This document shows, piece after piece, positions 1 to 12,754 of a stretch of DNA of 64,000 bases; positions within the stretch are counted from its first letter, which is position 1; every line of letters starts with the position of its first letter. The stretch covers positions 96,968,001 through 97,032,000 of the forward strand of contig OZ336878.1 of NCBI GenBank assembly GCA_965287045.1, in the 5' to 3' direction. This DNA is from Carcharhinus amblyrhynchos (lineage: Eukaryota). Below the pieces are notes generated by a model. The model made no database searches and had not been told where the DNA came from. It saw only the letters and a program-made list of their open reading frames with translations. The position numbers were made by a program, and so were the translations under genes.

Positions 1-639
1 GCTGGGAGCACAATCGGTCTCCCTTGCCTTTCTTGGTTGCAGCCAATCGTTCATAAACCCCAACACCTGAATGCTAAACAGCACATATTTTACAAACTTA
101 TCCCAAATTTTCACTCCGCAGCACAATAAATACAGCATGGTCCCACTGGTGAAAACCTGAAATGAAAACCGAGTGTTTCTGGAATTATTAGACCCGAAAC
201 AACAGCTCTGTTTGTCTGTCCACAAATGTACGAATAATTGCAACTTTGTGGCGACACTTTCTACTTGTACGTCAGTTCTCCTTACCTGCATTACGATGTT
301 TCCAGGAAAATTTTGTGATCGCCATCGCATGTAGGCGTTTCCAGAATTATGGCTGTGAGGCCAAAGAACGAGATGTTTCTCCCCTGTCTTTTCAACGCAG
401 AAGGTGCGAAAGGTTCCGTGTAATCCCAAAAACAGAGATTGCAGCAAAAGACACTCCACGGTGTCAGTGGAAGTGTAGAACGATGAAAGTCACAAAAAAA
501 AGTGAGGATAACAATGGGAAGAAAATGAAATCAAGTGTATTATTGAACGTGAGAACGGGAATGTCTGCCACAAGAGGCGCCGTTGAAGTCTTGAGCATCA
601 GAGATATGCAAGGGCGCAGAATGTGTAATGATTATATGT

Positions 640-900
640 GGAGTCCCACGGTGGTACAATAGTTAGCACAGTTGCCAGGAATCCAGATTCGCATCCTGGC
701 TTGGGTTACAGTCTGTGAGTTGCCCGCACTTTCTCCAAAGTTTCCTCCAACAAGTCCGACATACGTGCTGGTGCGTTGAACTGGTCCTGCAAAATCATCC
801 CCCAGTGCACCCCAACAGGTACAAGATGTGGCGCCTTCATTACTTTCGCGGTAACTTCATTGCGATGTTATGTAACCATCTTGTGGCACGAATAAATAAA
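640..900 (+). mobile_element. Degenerate tRNA-derived SINE (HE1/V-SINE-like)
   Basis: A-box-like gtggtacaatagttagcac, B-box-like gattcgcatcc, core tttcctccaacaagtcc, tail gtaacttcattgc...ttgtggcacgaataaa. Confidence 0.7.
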
Positions 901-1030
901 TTTTATATGACGGATTGCGCGTTTTGCCTTCAAGAAATGATTCTTTCGCACATGATTCTCCCCTGTGAACCAAACCCGCTCTGCGTTTTATGAGCATGAG
1001 CCATGGGAGTGAAATTTTAAAAATACCTAC

Positions 1031-1099
1031 TGTCGCGACTTGAACTCGAATCAAGGTTACTGCCACCACAACGCAGAATACTAAACCACCAAGCATAGC
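1031..1099 (-). pseudogene. tRNA-His pseudogene
   Basis: Degenerate match; anticodon region ccacaacgc retained; B box damaged; shares the extra D-loop base (ctaaacc) with the 16861 and 42727 copies. Confidence 0.7.
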
Positions 1100-1762
1100 A
1101 TCCTGCATTCCACAATTGGTCGGGTATACACATATGTCCAACCAGTTGCCCAGAGGAATAATTTCAGCTTTCAATTCATTGACCGCTGAGCGGAAATCAG
1201 TCTCATTAATGGCCCGTTCGGATGGAAACTCCGTTTTGAACTCTCCACGCATCCTTCCAGAATTATTCCTTCAACATATTCTATTGTTGGTGCATGTGAC
1301 ACATCGCAGAGTTCTGCGTCTGAATTAACATTGCAAATGAGTTTATTATAATAATAATGAATAAATATGCGAAAGAAACAAAACGTCGAAGTGTTAGTCC
1401 CACGCTCTCTTGTGTGGTAACCTAAGAAACATCGTGGAACTGACATCTTTATTTTTATTAGGGAAGATGAATTCTTACTTGTTCTGCTGGGGTAGTGAAT
1501 GCATGGATGGCTCCCCACCTCACGTCATACGTTCATCCAGGCCGGCAATTGAACCACGGCACTCTGAAATATAACAAAAAAAATCAAAAAATGCAGGGAA
1601 ACAGTTTCAGGTCTGTCACTTTCTGTGCAGGTAGAATAGCTCAAAGTTTCGGATCCGGATGAACTTTCGTCAACTCTGTGCGTCATTCTGCTGGTTCCCG
1701 CCATTAAGCACCTATCATAAGTACCGATATACTCTGAAGCATCTGTGTATTGTCTAACATAA

Positions 1763-2042
1763 CAAGCGGTCTCGCAACACCAGGTGAAAGTCCAACAGGT
1801 TTATTTGATAGCACAAGCCACTAGCTTTCAGGGTCAGATGAGTGGGAGTTCTGTTCACAAGCATGGCGTAGAAACACACTTTATATGCTCCATTTGTGAA
1901 CCGAACTCCAACTCACCTAATGAAGGGACAGTGCTCCGAAAGTTAGTGGCGTGCTCTTCCAAATAATTTTTTTGGATTTCAACCTGGTGTTATGAGACTT
2001 CTTACTGCGTTTACCCAAACACAACGCCGGCATCTCCACATC
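1763..2042 (+). mobile_element. Short Penelope-like element: inverted pLTR hairpin with 13-bp TSD
   Basis: Arms tctcgcaacaccaggtgaaagtccaacagg... and ...ttggatttcaacctggtgttatgaga are inverted; TSD ttgtctaacataa at 1750-1762 and 2043-2055; empty site at about 43745. Confidence 0.8.
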
Positions 2043-2823
2043 TTGTCTAACATAAAGCAGAGTTAGCATTGATGTGTTTTTTTTTGCTTTCCAGCAAGTG
2101 ACCTGAGTGTACCATAGTGATTAGGCCTGAGGTTGAAACATGTAGTAATTGACATCAATGTCTTTGACGGGTACAATAGTTGTTTAAATAACTCAGCTCA
2201 TAACTTAGCATTACAGTAGCGCAAAATTATGCAAATGTTGGAAATCTGAAATGAAAACAAAAACTTTCTGGAAACACCAAACTCGAAACGTCAGCTCGGT
2301 TTCGCTCTCCACTGATGTTGCCAGATCTGTAACGTTGACTGCCCTTATATCAGTTAGCATTGCCTGCATTGCTGGTTCCCTGTAAAATGCTGTCATCACC
2401 ATCAAATCCAGGTGCTTCCAGAATGTTGATTCTCTGGAACCAGAAAAATCGAGTTCATTCTCTTCCAATGGTTTACAAGAATAGACCTACATCGTGCGAA
2501 ACCTGACTGTGCAACCCCAGAAACAGAGACGGTAGCCAACAAAGTCCACATAGTTATCCGAGTGTGAAATTACGCAATGCCAATGAAAAACGATGGTACA
2601 ATGGAAGAAGCGAAGACAAGAGGATTCCTGATATTAAAGATTCTGGGAAATGGAAAGGTGTCACCCCGTAGAAGATGTGCGTCTGAACTTCGGACCATTA
2701 GAGACATGTATGGAAGGATTATTGTTTTGTGACTGATGGGGCATTTTACCGTCAAAACAAGTATTGTGCACTACGAATGAAGACTTCCTTACGCTGCTGA
2801 AGTCAAATATTTTAAATAACTTT

Positions 2824-2894
2824 GGCTGAGACTCGAAATTGCTCCGAATTTGCTGCAGCCACAACGGAGAATGCTAAGCATATACGATCACAGC
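2824..2894 (-). pseudogene. tRNA-His pseudogene (type Y)
   Basis: Degenerate match, T-loop destroyed (aaattgctcc); paralogous to 18951 and 44516. Confidence 0.7.
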
Positions 2895-4436
2895 ACAACA
2901 GACGGCTCGGTACCTTATCTGACCTAGGAAAAGTTTGCGTGCGCTCAGCCCTTTAACTAAAGGACAGGCTCCTCAACCGTTTGACGAAGGTATCACAGAC
3001 GAATGGCTCCACCTTTAAATTCAATGACGACAGACTGAAAGCCTGAATCAATTATGGCCCGTTCGGAGAATTTTGTAAATTTTCCACAAATTCTTGCAGA
3101 GTTGTTCAATTCTTCCATATGTTTTGATGTTTATGCATGTTAACCATGAGTTTTTTTTGTCCTTTGTTCGTCGACCTCAGAGCATGGAATTGAGAGAAAG
3201 GATAAATGCACTTCACAATCATTTGTCTTGGTGGCGCAAACAACTTTGCCTTTCACGTATCCGTAAGTTAATTATGCGGCTATTCAAAGGCCGTGGGTCG
3301 GCGTCGGATTCTACCCCACCCCCCTCCCTCCCCCCGCCCCCCTCCCCTCTCCCCGGCCCCCCGTCCCGCCAAAGAAAAGAAAAAAAAACATTGTCCTATG
3401 GTTCTTCTTTCATTTGCACATATAAAAGATTCCATATCCTTTCCGGAGATTTCTCTCACACAACAGCTTTCCTTCCATGTTCTCACAACCACATTAATGT
3501 TTTTCTTTCGCAAAACAGCGTCATGCGCCATTTTTGTTCTGAGAGCATTTTGCATGGTACAAAACCTCTTCAAAGTCCCTCATTTTTCGGCACTATCTTT
3601 TTTTCATTTGCCGGTCTTGCAGCCCACTCACACATTTCAACAGCTAAGATGAGTCTGGAGCACATTCAATGTGATTCACCTCTCCAAGTACCAGGCAATC
3701 ACTCATCAACACCAGCTGCCAACTCCTGAGTGCTAACCGCCACCTACTTTGAAAGGTTCACTTAACCTGAAGATAATCGTACCGACGTCCGGATGGTGGA
3801 AACCTGAAAAGGCAGACAGAAAATTTCTGAAAACATTACACTCTTTACATCAGCTTGGTTCCTCTCTTCACAGATGTTCCCAAAGCTGTAGCGTTTTTTT
3901 TTCCGGCACGTTCCACTTCTACCGCAGTGAATATTACCCGAATAACGACGTTCCCAGACAAATGATATGTTCGCCATCGCGCATGAAGGCGCTTCCAGAA
4001 TTTTGGCTACATGGGCACACACATATCGAGGTGTTTCCCATCCATTCATTTCAAAACGCAGATTTTGATCGGTGTGAGTGGAACCAAGGAACCCCAGGAA
4101 AGGAGATGGGAGCCAGCAAACTCCACGGTGTTTGTGAAAGTGTGACAGGAAAGTAAGAAGGGAATGAAAGGAGCTCTCAGGGAATGAAAGGGAGAGATGA
4201 TGCAATGTGACAGCACGGTAGGATGGAAAGCAAGGAGTGAAATGAAGGATATTAATGATTTTGAGAGTGCAAATATCTGGGTGAAAAAGTGCATTTGAAT
4301 TCCGGGGCATCAGAATTACATCTAGGAGCATTACATATGTGAGAGTTTGAACGGTTCGCCGTAAAAGTATCCCTTTATAATTACTTTTCTTTTCCGCCTT
4401 ATACGCAGCGGAGTGACAAATATTTAAAATCGACAC

Positions 4437-4500
4437 TGCTGTGATCCGGGTTCGAACCGAGATTGCTTCACTCTCAGTGCAGAAAACGAACAGCTACACA
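4437..4500 (-). pseudogene. tRNA-His pseudogene (type Z, highly decayed)
   Basis: tgctgtgatccgggttcgaaccgag retains the T-arm; remainder decayed; correct position in the unit. Confidence 0.55.
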
Positions 4501-5915
4501 AATTGCTGAAAGCAACGCAACCGTGCAGTAGAAGAGATGTGCGTCCATGCGGCCCTGCAATACAGACAGCACTTTGCATTTCGGCCAGGTTATCGAAGAG
4601 AAATACTTTTTACTTTCAGAAATGTGGCTGCTGACTAAAAAAGGAGCCTCAGTAATGACCCTTTCGTTGTTGCATGATTTGTTTCGAGCAAATTTGATCA
4701 GTTCCGACCGATCAGGAAAATAATGCGGTGAATTAAACGAAGGGTTTAATGTGTTGTTGGGAATCAAGTGGATCAGACAAGCATATGTTCTGGAAGTGAA
4801 TCAAAGCTGGTGAATTACCAATTAAATGTTTGCAGTGTTCACACTTTCCCTCACAACGCGTCACATGCCGAGAGGTTTAATTTCCTTTCTTGATTTTTTG
4901 TTTTCCTCACACAACAGGCTTCCTTATATTTTCACACACTAAAATATATATTTTGTCCAAAAACGACATATTTGTTCTGAAGCCTTTTTCGCATGACGCT
5001 AAACCTCTTCTAAATCTCTAATTTTCTGAAATTAAATTTATTTTGTCACTCGGTTGACTCCTAGATTTCAACAGACAAAATCAGATTGCAGCACAGTCGG
5101 CTTCCTTACTTTTATTGGTTGCAGTTAGTCAATCACGAAGCTCAGCTGCTAAGTGCTTATCACCACATATTTCGCAAACATACCGAAATGTTCACTCAGC
5201 AGTACCTTAAACGCAGCATTATCGTTGAGGTGGAAACCTGGCAGAAATTTGGTTGTAAGGACTCAAAACTATCAAGATATCTTCATCCAGTAATATCAAA
5301 GCACAGATCAAGGTCGATGTGAAGGAGCCCCGAGTAACCCCAGAAACAGGGATGGTAGCAAACAATCTCCACGTTTGCTTGTGAAACTGTGAGATGATAC
5401 AATGTCACAGGAAATTAGGAATGGAACGGACGGAGCTAATGAAGATATTTGGTGCTTCCGAAATGGGGGAATCATGAAGAAGACGTGCGTTTGAATTGTA
5501 AAGCACAAGAGGCATGTACGGGCATTAGACATGAAAGGATTATGTATGTGTCTGAGTGTCCAGCCATGAAAATATGTCTCCTCCCCTAAATGATTTCCCT
5601 CTCCCACTTCTTCGCTGTGCTGTTTGAGCATGTCTCGCAGGGAGTGAAAGGGTGAGATGATGCAATGACACAGGAAAATAGGGTGGAACAGAAGGAGCGT
5701 AGTAATGGAATTTAATGACTGTGAGAGGGAAATGTGTGAGTCAAGATTCACTGTTTTCTTTTTGAATTCCGGATCATCAGAAACATATCTGGGAGTATTC
5801 TATGTGCGACTGCTTGCACGATTTGCCGTTAAAGAAAATGACCTGACTTTGGCAAGTAATTCTTCTTTTCGTCGCTTGAGCATGAGCAGCAGTGTCAAAT
5901 ATTTAAAACAACGCC

Positions 5916-5987
5916 TGTCGTGACTCGGATTCGAACCGAGGTCGCTGCGGCCACAACGCAGAGTACTAACCACTACACAATCACGGC
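5916..5987 (-). tRNA. tRNA-His(GTG), 4 substitutions
   Basis: 72-nt match; A and B boxes intact; one acceptor-stem mismatch; TTTT terminator downstream. Confidence 0.75.
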
Positions 5988-6725
5988 GCTAGGTCGGGCT
6001 TAATACCATACTGCGTGCCCGAGATCTCATATACTTCAAAACAGATCTGCAACGGAACGACAGCGCTTTGCATCTCGGCCGGCTTATCGCAGAGAAAGAG
6101 GTTTTCCTTTCAAACAGTTTGATTTTTCTCTCACATACAAGAGGTTTCCTTACAGTTTCACACATTTACTTTTTTTTATTTTTTAAGGAACTGTACCATA
6201 AGACATCTTCATTCTGAAGGTTTTCTTTCGCATGACGTGAAACCTTTTTCTAAATCGCCCATTTGCTGTCACTAAAGTTATTGTTCTCATTCAGAGAACT
6301 CGTAGATTTCAACAGGCAAAATAAGATTGGACCACAGTCGGGCTTCGTTACTTCTATTGGTTGCAGACAATCATTCATGACATTGAAAATATGTCTCCTT
6401 CCCCAGCTGATTCCCCTCTTCCTCTTACTTTTTCGCTGTGCTATTTGAGCATGTCTCGCAGCGTCTGAATGTGTGAGATGATGCAATGACACAGACAAGT
6501 GGGATGGAAAGGAAGCAGCGAAGTAGAAGAATTTAATGAGAGGGCAAAAGTGGGGGTCAAGATTTACTTTTGTATTGCGAAGCGTCATAAACATATCTGG
6601 GGGCATTCTATGTGTGACTGCTTGAACGATTTGCCGTAAAAAAAAATGACTCACCTTTGGGATGTAATTCTTATTTTCGTCGCTTGAGCATGAGCAGCAG
6701 AGTTACAAATATTTAAAACACCATC

Positions 6726-6797
6726 TACCATGACTCGGATTCGAACCGAGGTCGCTGCGGCCACAACGTAGAATACTAACCACTATACGATCACGGC
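6726..6797 (-). tRNA. tRNA-His(GTG), possibly pseudogene
   Basis: 72-nt match with about 5 substitutions, including an anticodon-stem mismatch; boxes intact. Confidence 0.6.
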
Positions 6798-9324
6798 GCC
6801 ACGAACTGCATGGTGCACAAATGTGTGCCTGAGAACTGATAAACTTAAAATAGCCCTGCAACTAAACGACTGCGCTCTGCATCGCGGCCGGTTTATCGTA
6901 GACAAGTAGTCTTTTTTTCCCTTTCAAACAGTTGACTTCTCTCTCCCTCAGAAGAGGGTTCCTTACATTTTCACACATTCACTTCATTGTATCTTTTTTT
7001 CAAGAATTGGATCATGCGACATGTTCATTCTGAAGGCGTTTTTCGCATGACGTGAAAACTGTCTAAATAGCTGATTTGCTATCACCGGAGTTGCTTTTTT
7101 TTGTCATTCAGTGAACTCGTAGATTTCAACGGGCAACTTCAGATTGCAGCACAATCGATCTTCCACACATTTCTGCTTGCAGCCATTCATGAACTTCAAC
7201 TTCTGAGTGCTAAACACCACATATTTTGCAAATATATCCAAATAGTCACTCAGCAGTACAATAAACGCAGCATTATCGCCGTGGTAGAAATCTGCGCTTC
7301 CAGAAATTCGTCTGTAAGGACTCACGAATATCAAGATGTGTTCATCCAGTAATTTCAAAGACAGATCTAGATCAGTTTGAATTGGCCTCGAGTAACCCCG
7401 GGAACAGGGATGTTAGCAAACAATCTCCACGTTGCTTGTGGAACTGTGAGATAATACAATGTGACAAGAAATTAAGAATGGAATAGACGGAGCGAAGTGA
7501 AGTTATTTGATTCTGCGAAATGGGGGAATCATGGAGAAAACGTGCGATCGAATTGAGGAGCACCAGCGGCACATAAGTACTTTAAGCATGAAAGGATTAT
7601 GTATGTGTCTGAGTGTCCAGTCATGAAAATATGTCTTCTCCACCAAATGATTCCCCTCTCCCACTTACTTCTTCGGTGTGCTGTTTGAGCATGTCTCGCA
7701 GGGTGAGAAAGTGTGAGATGAAGCAATGACACAGGAAAGTAGGGTGGATCATAAGGAGCGTAGTAATGGAATTTAATGTGAGAGGGAAATGTGTGAGTCA
7801 AGATTTACTTTTTTTTACTTTTACTGCTCGGTACCTTATCTGACCGAGGAAACGCTTGCGTGCATGCAGCCCTGTAACTAAAGGATAGCCTCCTCAACCA
7901 TTTGACGAAGTTATCGCAGACGAATGACTTCACCTTTCAAAACAATGACTACTGACTGAAAGACTGAATCAATTACGACCCTTCGGGGAAAGGTCATTTT
8001 GTAAATTCTCCACAAATTCTTGTAGAGTTGTTCAATTCTTCCATCATATTCTGTTGTTTGTGCATGTTAATCATGAGATTCCTTTTTTTTTCTGTCAATT
8101 GCCTGTCAACTTCAGAGCATGGAATTGAGAGGAAGTATTAATGCACTTTACAGTCATCTGTCTTGGCGGCGGAAATAATTTTGTTTTTGACGTATCCGTG
8201 AGTTAATATTGCGGCAATTCAAAGGCCAGTGGGTCGGCGTCGGAGTCTGTACCGCCCACCCCCCGCTTCCCGCCCCCGTCCCCTTTCCCCACCAAAACAC
8301 ATCGTCCTTTGGCCGCTTATTTCATTTGCACATATAAAACATTTTATATCCTTTCCAGAGGTTTCTCTCACATAACAACTTTCCTTACATTTTCACGTAG
8401 CCACATTAATGTTTGTCTTTCGCGACACAGCGTCATGCGCCATTTTTGTTCTGCGAGCTTTTCGCATGATGCAAAACCTATTCAAAATCCCTCATTTTTC
8501 GGCACGTTAGTTTTTTTTTCATTTGCCGGTCGTGCAGCCCACTCACACATTTCAACAGCTAAGCTGAGTTTGGAGCCCGTTCAATCTGATTCACCTTTCC
8601 AGGTACCAGGCAATCACTCACCAAACCGAGCTGCCAAATTCTGAGTGCTAACCACCACCTACTTTGAAAGGTATAACACTATTAACCTGAAAATAATCTA
8701 CCGATGTCCTGATGTGGAAATCTGAAAAGGCAAACAGAAATTTTCTGAAAACGTTACACTCTTTACATCAGCTCAATTTCTCTCTTCACACATGTCCCCA
8801 AAGCTGTAGCGCTTTCCGGCACTTTCCGCTTCTACTGCAGTGAATATTACCCGAATAACTACGTTCCCAGAAAAATGATATGTTCGCCAACGCGCATGAA
8901 GGCACTTCCACAATTTTAGCTACATGAACTCACGCATATCGAGGTGTTTCCCATCCAGTCATTTCAAAGCGCAGATTTTGATCGGTGTGAATGGAACCGA
9001 GGAACCCCAGGAAAGGAGATGATAGACAGCAAACTCCATGGAGTTTGTGAAAATGTGACGGGGAAGTGAGAATGGAATGGAAGGAGATCGCAGGGAATGA
9101 AGGAAAGAGATGATGCAATGTCACAGCAAGGTAGGATGGAATGCAAGGAGCGAAATGAAGGAGATTAGTGATTTTGAGAGTGCAAATATCTGGGCGAAAA
9201 TTTCCCTCTGAATTCCGAAGCATCAGAATTACAGCTAGAAGCATATGTTTGAACGATTTTCCGTTTAAAAAAAATCTTTTTCCGTCTTCTACACAGCGGA
9301 GTAATAAATGTTTAACATCGCCAC

Positions 9325-9396
9325 TGCCAGAATGCGGATTCGAACCAACATTGCTGCATTCACAGCGAAGAGAACTGATAACTACGCAATCATCGC
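9325..9396 (-). pseudogene. tRNA-His pseudogene (type Z)
   Basis: ggattcgaacc B box retained; D-arm and acceptor stem decayed. Confidence 0.6.
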
Positions 9397-9843
9397 ACCA
9401 CAAGTTGCAGAATGCAAGGCAGTGGTGCAGGAGAAGACGTGTGCGTCCATGCAGACCTGCAACACAGACAGCGCTTTGCAATTCGGTCAGGATATCAAAG
9501 ATAACTTGTTTTTATTTTCAAAAAATGGCTACTGACTGGAAGAAACGCCTCAATAATGGCCCTTTCGGATGGAAGGTCGTTGCATGATTTGCTTCGAGCA
9601 AATTTGATCAAATCGGACCGATAACGAAAATAATGCAGTGAACTGAGCGAAGAGTTTAATGTGTTGTCGGGAATCGAGAGGATCTGACAAGAATATGTTC
9701 TGGAAGTGAATCAAAACTGCTGAATTACCAACTGCATGTTTGCAGTGTTCATAACGTCCGTGACAACGCACCACATGCCGAGAGGCTTAATTTCCTTTCT
9801 TGTTTCCTTTTTTAGCCTCACACAGCAGGCTTCCTTATGTTTT

Positions 9844-9868
9844 CACACACACACACACACACACACAA
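9844..9868. repeat. (CA)n microsatellite
   Basis: About 12 CA units expanded from the unit motif ttttcacaca; independent expansion at about 47768-47792. Confidence 0.9.
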
Positions 9869-10837
9869 ACACGTACTTTTTTTGTCCAAAAACCGACATA
9901 TTCTTCTGAAGCCTTTGTCACATGACGGTAAAAGTCTTCTAAATCTCTCATTTCCAGAAATAAAATTTATTTTGTCACTCGGTTGACTAGTAGATTTCAA
10001 CAGGCAAAGTCAGATTACAGCACAATCGGCTTCCTTACTTTTATTGGCTGCAGCCAATCATTCATGAATCTCAACTGCTAAGTGCTAATCACGCATATTT
10101 TGCAAATATATTCAAATGGTCACTCACCAGTACCATAAACGCAGCATTATCGCTGTGATGGAAACCTGGCCCTTCCATACATTTCGCTGTAAGTACTCGG
10201 AAATATCAAGATGTGTTCATCCAGTAATTTCAAAGCACAGGCCTAGGTAGGTGTAAATGGGCCCCGAGTAACTCCAGAAATAGGAATAATAGCAAACAAC
10301 CTCCACGTTTGCTTGTGAAACTGTGATATGATACAATCTCACAGGAAATTAGGAATGGAATGAACGGAGCGAATAAAGATATTTGGTGCTTGCGAAATGG
10401 GGGAATCATGGAGAAGACGTGCGTTCGAATTGAGGAACACCAGAGGTACGTAAGGACCTTAGACATGTATGTGTCTGACAGTCCAACCATGAAAATATGT
10501 CTCCTCCCTCAAATGATTCCCCTCTCCTACTTAGTTCTTCGCAGTGCTGTTTGAGCATGTCTTGCAGGGAGTGAACGTGTGGGATGATGCAATGACACAG
10601 GTAAGTAGGACGGAATAGAAAGAGCGAAGTAAAGGAAATTAATGACTGCGAGAGGTCAAATGTGTGGGTCAAGATTTAGTTTGTTGAATTCCGGAACATC
10701 GGAAATATACTTGAACCATTCTATGTGCGACTGCTTGAACAATTTGCCGTTAAAAGAAGGGCTGAACTTTGGAAAGTAGTTCTTCCTTTCAACGCTTGAG
10801 CATTGGCAGCAGAGTGACAAATATTTAAACCAGCCAC

Positions 10838-10909
10838 TGCCGCGACTCAGATTCGAACCAAGGTTACTGCGGCCACAACGCAAAGTACTAACCACTATAC
10901 GATCACGGC
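10838..10909 (-). tRNA. tRNA-His(GTG), several wobble-type substitutions
   Basis: 72-nt match; stem changes give G-U pairs; boxes intact. Confidence 0.65.
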
Positions 10910-11653
10910 GCCACGCAGATCTTGGGCACGGTTGAGTGCCGTGAACTCGTATAGCTCAAAAAAAAACCCTGCAACGAAACGGCAACGTTTTGTATCTCGG
11001 CCGGCTTATCGCAAACAAATGGGTTTTCCTTTCAAATAGTTGATTTTGTTTTCTCTCACACACAAGAGGTTTCCTTACATTTTCACACATTCACTTTATT
11101 GCATTTTTTTAAGGAACTGTATCATAAGGCATGTTCATTCTGAAGGTTTTTTTTTCGCATGACGTGAAACTTTCTAAATCGCTCATTTGCTGTCACTGGA
11201 GTTATTGTTCTCATTGAGTGAACTCGTATATTTCAACAGGCAAAATAAGATTGGAGTACAGTCGGGCTTCCTCACTTCTATTGGTTGCAACCAATCATTC
11301 ATGATATTGAAAATATGTCTCTTCCCCCAAATGATTCCTCTCTTCCTCTTACTTTTTCCTTGTGCTATTTGAGCATGTCTCGCAGCATCTGAAAGTGTAA
11401 GTTGGTGCAATGAGACAGGAAAGTAGGGTGGAATAGAAGGAGCGAAGTAAAGGAATTTAATGACCGTGAGAGGGCAAATGTGTGGGTCAAGATTTACTTC
11501 TGTATTCCGGAGCATCAGAAACATATCTGGGAGCATTTTATATGTGACTGTTTTAACGATTTGCTGTAAAAAACGATTCACCTTTGGGAAATAATTCTTA
11601 TTTTGGTCGCTTGAGCATGAGCAGCAGAGTTACAAATCTTTAAAAAAAACACC

Positions 11654-11725
11654 TGCCGTGACTCGGATTCGAACCGAGGTTGCCGCGGCCACAACGCAGA
11701 GTACTAGCCACTATACGATCACGGC
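11654..11725 (-). tRNA. tRNA-His(GTG)
   Basis: 72 nt, 2 differences from canonical vertebrate tRNA-His; T8 terminator just downstream (11642-11649). Confidence 0.88.
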
Positions 11726-12413
11726 ACCAAGAAAGGCTTGGTGTAAAGCTATGTGCCCGAGAACTGATAAATTTCAAAAACTGTCCTGCAACTAAACGAG
11801 AGCGCTTTGCATCGTGGCCGGTTTATCGTAGACAAATAGCTTTTTTTTTCCTTGCAAACAGTTGACTTCTCACACAAACACGGGAGGTTTCCTTACATTT
11901 TCACGGATTCACTTTATTGTATTTTTTTTCAAGAATTGATTCATGGGATATGTTCATTCTGAAGGCGTTTTTCGCATGACGTGAGAACTTTTCTAAACAG
12001 CTGATCTGCTATCACTAGAGTTATTTTCTTTTTGTCATTCAGTGAACTCGTAGATTTCAACAGGCAAGTTCAGATTACAGCACTATCGATCTTCCACGCA
12101 TTTCTGCTTGCAGCCAATCATTCATGAACCTCAACTTCTGAATGCTCAACACCGCATGTTTTGCAAATATATCCAAATAGTCACTCAGCAGTACAATATA
12201 CGCAGCATTATCGCGTGGTGAAAATCTGCGCTTCCAGAAAGTTGTCCGTAAGGACTCACGAATATCAAGATGTGTTCATCTAGTAATTTCAAAGCACAGA
12301 TCTAGGTCAGTGTGAATTGGCCTCGAGTAACCCCGGAAACAGGGATGATAGCAAACAATCTCCACGTTGCTTGTGAAACTGTCAGATGACACAATGTCAC
12401 AGGAAATTAGGAA

Positions 12414-12754
12414 GCTCTTCCCGCTCAGAAAGGACAGCAGGACTAGAGGGCACAGCCTCAAGCTAAGGGGGGTGGCGGGTGGCAGTTTAGAACGGAGTTC
12501 AGGAGGAACTTCTTCACTCAAATGGTGGTGAATCTCTGGAATTCTCTGCCTGCTGAAGTGGTGGAGGCTACCTCGCTAAATATATTTGAGTCACGGGTAC
12601 ATAGGTTTTTGGTAGGCAAGGGAATTAAGGGTTATGGGGAGAAAGTGGGAAAGTGGAACTGAGCGACTTCAGATCAGCCATGATCTTATTGAATGGCGGG
12701 GCAGGCTCGAAGGGCTAGATGGCCTACTCCTGCTCGTACTTTTTATGTTTTTAT
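12414..12754 (+). mobile_element. CR1/HER1-like LINE 3' fragment (young subfamily)
   Basis: Encodes LFPLRKDSRTRGHSLKL...RNFFTQ; 3' UTR gatcagccatgatcttattgaatggcggggcaggctcgaaggg; interrupts the unit motif ttaggaa|tggaat. Confidence 0.9.

Noticed and set aside
3094-3729. Proline-rich 211-aa ORF
   Set aside because: It arises from the C-rich tract, and the frame is not conserved in paralogous units.
8858-8872. ZNF143/Staf-like motif actacgttcccagaa (also 19920)
   Set aside because: Partial match, found only in units with dead tRNAs and not conserved in the other paralogs.
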